This document shows positions 57,610-64,000 of a DNA stretch of 64,000 nucleotides, piece by piece. The first letter of the stretch is position 1; each line of letters starts with the position of its first letter. The position numbers and the translations under genes are program-made. Under the pieces are notes generated by a model. It ran no database searches, had not been told where the DNA came from, and saw only the letters and a program-made list of their open reading frames with translations. The DNA comes from Candidatus Hodarchaeota archaeon (lineage in GTDB: Archaea; Asgardarchaeota; Heimdallarchaeia; Hodarchaeales; Hodarchaeaceae), in NCBI GenBank assembly GCA_016840035.1, contig JAEOTC010000031.1, positions 15,917-79,916 of the forward strand, read 5' to 3'.

Positions 57610-59631
57610 TTAGATATCTAAATTTTGCACTTCCAACGCGTGAGTCTCGATGAACTCTCGCCTAGGGGCAACTTCCTCTCCCATCAACGTAACGAACATT
57701 CGTTCTGCATCAATAAGATTTTTTCTTGTAACCTGGAGAAGGGTTCGTTTTTCAGGATCCATTACAGTTTCTCGTAGCTGAATGGGATTCATTTCACCAA
57801 GACCCTTGAATCGACTGATCTCAGGTCTACCACCCCAAGTTTGAATAATCTCGTCTCGTTCTTGTTCGGAAAGTACATAAATTTCCTTATTCCCTTTTTT
57901 AACTCGGAATAATGGCGGTTGAGCGATGTAGAGATAACCTTCATCAATTAATTCGGGCATATATCTGAAGAAAAAAGTTAATAGTAAGCAGACGATATGA
58001 TGACCATCGATATCGGCATCCATGAGTAACACAATCTTATGATAACGAACTTTCTCTATTTTGAAATGTTCCTTATAACTCGCTCCAATAGCGCGAATAA
58101 TTTCAAGAATTTCCTTGTTTTTCATTGCCTTTTCTAATCGGGCTTTTTCAACGTTAATGACTTTTCCCCGAAGGGGTAAAATCGCTTGAAACTCTGAAAA
58201 ACGTCCTTCTATTGCACTACCCCCTGCAGAATCACCTTCGACAAGGAATAACTCGCGTTTAGCTGGATCTGAAACAGCGCAATCCACTAATTTTCCTGAT
58301 CCTTTTCCTTGTGTTTTTCTGACAGCTTCTCGAATTTGTCGAAACCTCATTCGAAGAGTTGCAGCAGCTTCACACTTTTCAATAATACTCCTGGAACTAT
58401 CAGGATGTTCATCAAGAAACTTAAGCACATTTTCATATACACAACTCTCTACAACCCCTTTCACTTCGCTATTGCCTAATTTACTTTTTGTTTGGCCTTC
58501 AAATTGAGGATTCATTATTTTTAATGAGACTACGGCAACCAGTCCTTCACGTACATCATTTCCAGTGAATATTGACCTTTTTTCCTTTAATCCCTTCTTT
58601 AGATGAGAATTTTTAATGAGTTGCTCATTCTTCAATACATATGCATTTAATGCTCTTGTAAGGCCTGATTTGAATCCAGATAAGTGTGTTCCCCCATGCC
58701 TTGTATTTATATTATTAGTAAAAGTGTTAATTAAATCTCTCTCTGATCGATCATAAGCTAGGGCAACTTCTACTTGCATTTTCTCAATATTTTCGTCAAA
58801 ATAAGGCATATCATCGTGAACACGATTAGTTACGAGTTGATCAACATAAGCCTTAATTCCCCCATCAAAATGGAAAATCCATTCATTTACTGGCAAATCT
58901 TCGTCAGTAACCTCATCATCAACTTCTACATCAGGACTTTCATCTTGAACAGATTCAGTTTGTGGTTCGGAATCTGAAGGTTTATGCTTTCTTTCATCAA
59001 TTAGTGTTATTGTAAGCCCTTTATTCAAAAAGGCTAATTCACGTAGACGATTACGAATCGTAACAACTTCAATTTGCGTTACTTCGAAGATCTCAGGGTC
59101 TGGAATGAAGGTTATATGAGTACCACTCTCGTAATCCCATTCCTCCTCAATAGTAATGACACCATGAGAAATTGTTTCACCTCTCACGTACTCTTGCATC
59201 TGAACTAAGTTGTCTCTTTTAACTTTTACCTGCATCCAACTAGATAATGCATTCACAACAGCTATCCCAACTCCATGGAGTCCACCACTAACCTTGTAAG
59301 ACTCATGATCAAATTTCCCCCCTGAATGCAGTCGTGTGGTAACAAGTTCCAGAGAAGAAATATTATAATCGGGGTGAATTTCAGTAGGTATTCCCCTACC
59401 ATTATCTTGAATAGTAATTGATTCTTGTCCATGCTCTGTCTGACTTAGTATCACTTTAATACTATCACAAAACCCAGCCATTGCTTCATCGACTGAATTA
59501 TCGACAATTTCCCAAACCAAGTGATGAAGCCCATTTTCATCAATACTTCCAATATACATAGCAGGTCGGCGACGAACCGCTTCAAGACCTTCTAGAACCT
59601 GTATACTACTTGCACCATATTCACTTGACAA
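57610..59631 (-). CDS. gyrB: DNA gyrase subunit B
   Basis: LEGLEAVRRRPAMYIG, EIVDNSVDE, GGLHGVG, VEGDSAGG, PLRGK, DADIDG, FKGLGEM, terminal NLDI. Confidence 0.96.
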   Translation of the reverse strand: MSSEYGASSIQVLEGLEAVRRRPAMYIGSIDENGLHHLVWEIVDNSVDEAMAGFCDSIKVILSQTEHGQESITIQDNGRGIPTEIHPDYNISSLELVTTRLHSGGKFDHESYKVSGGLHGVGIAVVNALSSWMQVKVKRDNLVQMQEYVRGETISHGVITIEEEWDYESGTHITFIPDPEIFEVTQIEVVTIRNRLRELAFLNKGLTITLIDERKHKPSDSEPQTESVQDESPDVEVDDEVTDEDLPVNEWIFHFDGGIKAYVDQLVTNRVHDDMPYFDENIEKMQVEVALAYDRSERDLINTFTNNINTRHGGTHLSGFKSGLTRALNAYVLKNEQLIKNSHLKKGLKEKRSIFTGNDVREGLVAVVSLKIMNPQFEGQTKSKLGNSEVKGVVESCVYENVLKFLDEHPDSSRSIIEKCEAAATLRMRFRQIREAVRKTQGKGSGKLVDCAVSDPAKRELFLVEGDSAGGSAIEGRFSEFQAILPLRGKVINVEKARLEKAMKNKEILEIIRAIGASYKEHFKIEKVRYHKIVLLMDADIDGHHIVCLLLTFFFRYMPELIDEGYLYIAQPPLFRVKKGNKEIYVLSEQERDEIIQTWGGRPEISRFKGLGEMNPIQLRETVMDPEKRTLLQVTRKNLIDAERMFVTLMGEEVAPRREFIETHALEVQNLDI

Positions 59632-59882
59632 AATTTAACACCGATGGTCCCGAAAAATGAAAATAAACACAAATTCAACATGTGTTTTTTTTGAAATGAG
59701 TAAAAATTACATTTAACTCAGTTATTCGGTGAAGAACTCCCTATTTAAATCTTCTTATAACAATTCATCCATTTTTTTGGCTAATTACTTGCGTCTAATT
59801 CAACCAAAACTGATTTTATTTATTTTATTACGAATAAATGGAAACTGTTCAATCAAAAATCTCATAAACGAAAAAAAAACTA

Positions 59883-60620
59883 CTATTGACCTAGAAATAA
59901 CCTAGCACATAAAGATTCATCGAGATCAGCTGCTTTCAAGGCATCACAAGTCTTTTCGATTTCATATTTTACTCTGAAATTTTGTACTTTTAATTGGGTC
60001 TCAGAGACTTTTACGATACTATAACTAGCATCAGGATTTTCATCTCTGGGTTGTCCAACACTCCCCGGATTAACCACATAACGGTTATTGTGTTCATATT
60101 GAAACGCCCAATGTGAATGTCCTATGGCGATAAAATTCCAAACATCAAGCCATCCATCTAATCTAACCTTTTGTTCATCTAATGGTTCATTATTCCAGTA
60201 AGGAAATAAAAAATACTCCCATTTTTTGTCTGGAGTTCCATGTACAAATAAAAACTCATTTTCATTAAAATAGAGAACCTTTTTTGTTCTCAATCTTTTA
60301 AGAAATCGAAACTGTTCCTCGTTACCTTCCTTCAGTAAAACGTTTCGAGTCCACTTCAGCGATCGTACTGCTGTTTTATTAAACCATTTTATTCGTTTTT
60401 CAAAGTTGACGGCAGTGATTGCAGAATCGTGGTTTCCTTGGATTACAATATCGCATCGATTTTTAACTTTATTAATACATTCTATCGGATTCGCATAATA
60501 CCCCACAATGTCTCCCAAGCATACAACGTGATCCATTGTTCCACGTTTTCGAAGATCTTTAAAAACAGAGTTTAACGCTTCTAAATTACCATGAATATCA
60601 GAAATTATAGCGATTTTCAA
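59883..60620 (-). CDS. metallophosphoesterase (calcineurin-like)
   Basis: SDIHGN, GDIVGY, GNHD, VHG, GHSH, NPGSVGQPRD. Confidence 0.92.
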   Translation of the reverse strand: MKIAIISDIHGNLEALNSVFKDLRKRGTMDHVVCLGDIVGYYANPIECINKVKNRCDIVIQGNHDSAITAVNFEKRIKWFNKTAVRSLKWTRNVLLKEGNEEQFRFLKRLRTKKVLYFNENEFLFVHGTPDKKWEYFLFPYWNNEPLDEQKVRLDGWLDVWNFIAIGHSHWAFQYEHNNRYVVNPGSVGQPRDENPDASYSIVKVSETQLKVQNFRVKYEIEKTCDALKAADLDESLCARLFLGQ

Positions 60621-60650
60621 TTTAAAGAACCTAGATAATCAAAATCTAGT

Positions 60651-61061
60651 TTAACTACTACGGTTACGCAGTGATTGAACTAATTCCTCTTTTTGAGATT
60701 CAAGCGTGGTTATCTTTTCCTCTTGTTCTTTAAGTTTTTCTGAAAGTTGTTTCTTATCTAAGGCTAAAAGATCAACTTCTCGTTGTAACGATACAACGCG
60801 ATTTTCGGATGTCTGTCTCTGGGATTCAAATTCGGTTTTCTGATCACCTAGCTTTTTCTGAAGTTCAGAAAGTTGATTCCCCAGATCATCATATTTTCTT
60901 TGAATCTCGTCAACTTGTTGTTTGAAAGTGGCTCTTTCTGTGATAAGCTTATCCAGTTGATTAATTAAAGGTTCTACCTTTTTAAAAGCCTCTTGTACAT
61001 TGGTTTTTATTGCATTAAGTTCTGAGTTCATATCATCGAATGTATTTGACATTTCTACCAC
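60651..61061 (-). CDS. short coiled-coil protein
   Basis: 136 aa of continuous heptad-like E/Q/K/L-rich sequence. Confidence 0.75.
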   Translation of the reverse strand: MVEMSNTFDDMNSELNAIKTNVQEAFKKVEPLINQLDKLITERATFKQQVDEIQRKYDDLGNQLSELQKKLGDQKTEFESQRQTSENRVVSLQREVDLLALDKKQLSEKLKEQEEKITTLESQKEELVQSLRNRSS

Positions 61062-61399
61062 TTTCAGTCTAAAATAAATTAAATTATTTGATACTGATTT
61101 TCAGTACTTTTCAGTTTTTCCTTTCATCTAGAATAGGATAGAAGTAGCGTTTTGAGAATAGTTATGATTAGTGAAAGTGATAACTCATAAGTATTCAAGA
61201 CTCATTTTGATATATTTTACAGTGGTACAAATGGTTGTTCAATGTTCCATTGATATTGAGCTAACAATTTTAACCTCTTATGACGACGAATCTATTGCTC
61301 GAATCGGATGTAATACCTGATTCATAATCGTATTAGAGTGGTTTATTCCATATAAAATGGATTAGAATATAATTAATCTACACGAAAAGTAGTGAAGAT

Positions 61400-61588
61400 G
61401 TGAAATTTGTGAAATTAATAAGCTTTAAAGCTCCTAAATCATTTCTAGAAGATTTAGATGAATTAGTTAGAGGGGGAGTTTATAGCTCCCGATCTGAGGC
61501 AATACGTACAGCCATTCGTGACCTTCTTAAGCACGAACTCGAATGGAAAGATGGAAAACCACCCTCATCTTTAAAATCCGATGAATAA
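61400..61588 (+). CDS. ribbon-helix-helix (CopG/CdrS-like) regulator
   Basis: LISFKAPKSFLEDLDELVRGGVYSSRSEAIRTAIRDLL. Confidence 0.88.
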   Translation: MKFVKLISFKAPKSFLEDLDELVRGGVYSSRSEAIRTAIRDLLKHELEWKDGKPPSSLKSDE

Positions 61589-62834
61589 TCCGACATTAGG
61601 TGAAACTATGACAACTACACAAGCTGATACAGAATCTCCACCAATTCCAGTGAAAAAAAGAAAATTAGGTGATAATCTTCGGCAAGCAAAATTTAATTTG
61701 ACAGCCGTTCGTGCGGATTTGAAATACCTCAGACGAGTTGTCTATCGAGAAATCAAATATTTCATCCCAATGACTGATTTAATCATTCTTCTCTCAATAG
61801 TACTTATCATCGTAGTCGTATTGGTTCTCATTCTTCTTTTCGTTTGGCCTATAATACTGCTTATTATCGATAGCTCTACAGATGTACCTAAATATCAGAA
61901 ATGGATGATTGAATCTTTAACTAGTCCAGAGGTTATTCGTTGGGCTGCCTCAATAATCGGGATTGTAACGATATTAATAAGGATGATGATAAAATCTCCG
62001 ATAAACAAATACCGTGGTAAGGTCAATGCTCGTAAAGATGTTACCTATATATTTGGTAGTTCGAAGCCCGCCGAACAGTTTCTCTTTGAGATGGTCCACA
62101 GATATGGATATGAAGAACGTGTCTCGTTAATTGCCGATTCCGACTTGTTATGGATCAGGAAATTAAAAGCATTTATCGATGTTTATGTTGTAGAAGACAT
62201 GAAGGAATTCGAAAAACCAAATTTATACGAAATTCTTGGTTTTAAGAATGCCACACGTATAATGATACTGACAGAAAGTATTGAATTAAATCAAAATATA
62301 CTAACGAACATTCGACAAGTCAGACCAGATGTTGAGATAATATTATTATCTCAATATGCGCCAAATTTTGTATTTAGTGACTTAGTAAAAGATGAAAGCT
62401 TATTCTTGATTGAAGATCTAGATGTTACTGTACAGGGCCTCGTATTATCTTTGAGTCTAAATTTTGACTTTCCTCAAACTGCTGAAATAGATATACCTAG
62501 AACTTACATTGGGAAAACTGGAGACACTATGAGTTTTGATATTCCAAAAATGGAAGTTATACTGATTCGTAGAGGAGATGAACTACTTTCCTCAAACGAA
62601 ATAATGCTCTCTGGTGATAGAATTATTGTGTATTACTATAGTAATTTCGATATGAAACGTACAAATCGAATCGTAACAGAACTACCTTACAAAAAGAAGA
62701 AAGGAAAAAAGAAAAAAGTTGACGCTGTGAAAGAAGCTGAAGTAATTAGAATTCAAGATGGCTTTAAGGAAGATAACCAGTTAATAGAAAACGAATCAGA
62801 TCAAAAGCAGATTTTTGGCCAGGAGGAATCATAA
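61581..62834 (+). CDS. two-TM membrane protein with a degenerate RCK (TrkA-N/TrkA-C)-like domain
   Basis: Two hydrophobic helices, then YIFGSSKPAEQF, NLYEILGFKNATRIMIL, and TrkA-C-like VILIRRGDELL...LSGDRIIVY. Confidence 0.68.
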   Translation: MNNPTLGETMTTTQADTESPPIPVKKRKLGDNLRQAKFNLTAVRADLKYLRRVVYREIKYFIPMTDLIILLSIVLIIVVVLVLILLFVWPIILLIIDSSTDVPKYQKWMIESLTSPEVIRWAASIIGIVTILIRMMIKSPINKYRGKVNARKDVTYIFGSSKPAEQFLFEMVHRYGYEERVSLIADSDLLWIRKLKAFIDVYVVEDMKEFEKPNLYEILGFKNATRIMILTESIELNQNILTNIRQVRPDVEIILLSQYAPNFVFSDLVKDESLFLIEDLDVTVQGLVLSLSLNFDFPQTAEIDIPRTYIGKTGDTMSFDIPKMEVILIRRGDELLSSNEIMLSGDRIIVYYYSNFDMKRTNRIVTELPYKKKKGKKKKVDAVKEAEVIRIQDGFKEDNQLIENESDQKQIFGQEES

Positions 62835-63544
62835 TGGGTTTTTTCAAGAAAAGGAGAGTCCGTAAATTTGCTGAGAAAGCTATTGAACAACAAAGTGATT
62901 TTTATGTCTTTGGAAGTAATGATTTCACTGAAGCCTTTATCGATCAATTAATTCAGCTTGGTGCCGAAAATAAAGTTTCATTAATATCTGATATCAAATT
63001 AAACTGGATAGAAGAAGTGAAAACGCGTATAAACGTACTTTACGAAGAGACAAAAGTAGAATACTCGAAAAGAAATCTCTACGAAACTCTTGGTTTTCAT
63101 AATGCTAAAAAAGTCATCATTCTACACGAAGATCCTGAGATTATCCAAAATATAATGTCTTATGTTACAGGAAGTGAGTTTCAAGTCATACTATTGGCTC
63201 AATTTGCTCCACCATTCGTTAAATACTTATCGGGTCAAAAACCTGGACAAATCGTCATTGTAAACAACATCTTTCAAATAATTGATGAATTGTATGCAAG
63301 AATGGACTTACCATTGAGTAGACCTCCAGTTATAGCCATCCCAGTCCCTCCAAAGTTGGTCAACTCATCACTACTAGATGTGAAAATTCCCAAAGTTCTT
63401 ATCCTTAGAATTTTAAGGGAAGATTACAAGAAGAAACTTTTACCAATTGAAATCTCCCCTAAAAATACAGATAAACTCCTACTTTATTTGGAGGATTCTC
63501 AGGAATCATTGAAAAATCTAGTTGATTTTTTAGCAAAAAATTAG
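62834..63544 (+). CDS. soluble RCK-like protein, paralogue of the upstream gene's cytoplasmic domain
   Basis: YVFGSNDFTEAF, VSLISD, NLYETLGFHNAKKVIIL and ILLAQFAPPFV align with the upstream protein; TAATG coupling. Confidence 0.7.
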   Translation: MGFFKKRRVRKFAEKAIEQQSDFYVFGSNDFTEAFIDQLIQLGAENKVSLISDIKLNWIEEVKTRINVLYEETKVEYSKRNLYETLGFHNAKKVIILHEDPEIIQNIMSYVTGSEFQVILLAQFAPPFVKYLSGQKPGQIVIVNNIFQIIDELYARMDLPLSRPPVIAIPVPPKLVNSSLLDVKIPKVLILRILREDYKKKLLPIEISPKNTDKLLLYLEDSQESLKNLVDFLAKN

Positions 63545-63547
63545 GAA

Positions 63548-64000
63548 TTAGGACTTAGAAGTAGCCTGATATATTATTAGTTGTTCTCCTTCTATTTTTT
63601 TCCTTTCAATTTCAATGATATCTAATTCTGTATGATTTTTTAGCTTAGAATTTTCATTCAAGGACGATGATAGAAAAAATGCATATTTAAACTGATATCT
63701 AGTGAGGTCACTAAGAAAATCTAGGATGGTACTAATTCCACCTGGACCGCCAGCCCAAGAACGTACGATTGGGGGATATCGCCTTTCATACTCTTCCTGA
63801 GAAGTTCTTACATATGGTGGATTAAAGTAAATAATGTCAGGAGAAAATTGTTGTGGATTAAAACAGTTAAGATATTGTGTACAGCATATATAGTATTCAT
63901 TTGCAGGAATCCATTCTTGAATATTTTTCATACTTAATGAAACGGCTATCGGGGATATATCTGTTCCAAAATATTGATAATAAGAAAACTTAAGGCTTAA
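63548..64000 (-). CDS. HemK2/PrmC-like SAM-dependent methyltransferase, 5' end outside the window
   Basis: Frame is open to 64000 and gives FGTDISPIAV, then IYFNPPYV and WAGGPGG. Confidence 0.85.
   Translation of the reverse strand, partial: LSLKFSYYQYFGTDISPIAVSLSMKNIQEWIPANEYYICCTQYLNCFNPQQFSPDIIYFNPPYVRTSQEEYERRYPPIVRSWAGGPGGISTILDFLSDLTRYQFKYAFFLSSSLNENSKLKNHTELDIIEIERKKIEGEQLIIYQATSKS

Noticed and set aside
920-58977. Many short ORFs in the track overlapping longer genes (e.g. 920-1129, 1773-2093, 2829-3188, 17692-18024, 38603-38926, 55093-55383)
   Set aside because: They are antisense or off-frame shadows of well-supported genes and have no recognisable motifs.
1-64000. CRISPR arrays, tRNA/rRNA genes, IS elements, integrases or provirus
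   Set aside because: No spaced direct repeats, GC-rich structured RNA segments or transposase/integrase/capsid ORFs were seen; intergenic gaps are short and AT-rich.

Overview
AT-rich archaeal chromosomal segment, about 46 CDSs, with no rRNA, tRNA, CRISPR array or recognisable mobile element. An Asgard (probably Heimdallarchaeia/Hodarchaeales-like) origin is inferred from six small Ras-superfamily GTPases, archaeal topoisomerase VI and four-subunit POR, GGTGA/GGAG ribosome-binding sites, and bacterial-type gyrase and UvrBC. Housekeeping content includes rocD, dut, an ornithine cyclodeaminase-family enzyme, porGDAB, lpdA, uvrB, uvrC, mutY and transporters. Two loci stand out. (1) A tightly packed minus-strand cluster at 46031-59631: gyrB, gyrA, a 2318-aa Top6B with about 28 tandem HhH-like repeats, a Top6A/Spo11 homologue with an N-terminal ubiquitin/PB1-like domain, and an atypical kinase, with a metallophosphoesterase upstream. 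(2) An SMC-kleisin locus with two divergent ScpB (kite) paralogues, interrupted by a TrmB-like protein with a ~570-aa helical rod. Smaller oddities are a uvrB that must start at a non-canonical codon (CTG), an orphan DUF499 ATPase, a putative PH-like/hydrolase fusion, a Roadblock-like/coiled-coil/twin-GTPase module and a filter-less RCK gene pair. All domain calls are by eye from motifs; no searches were run.
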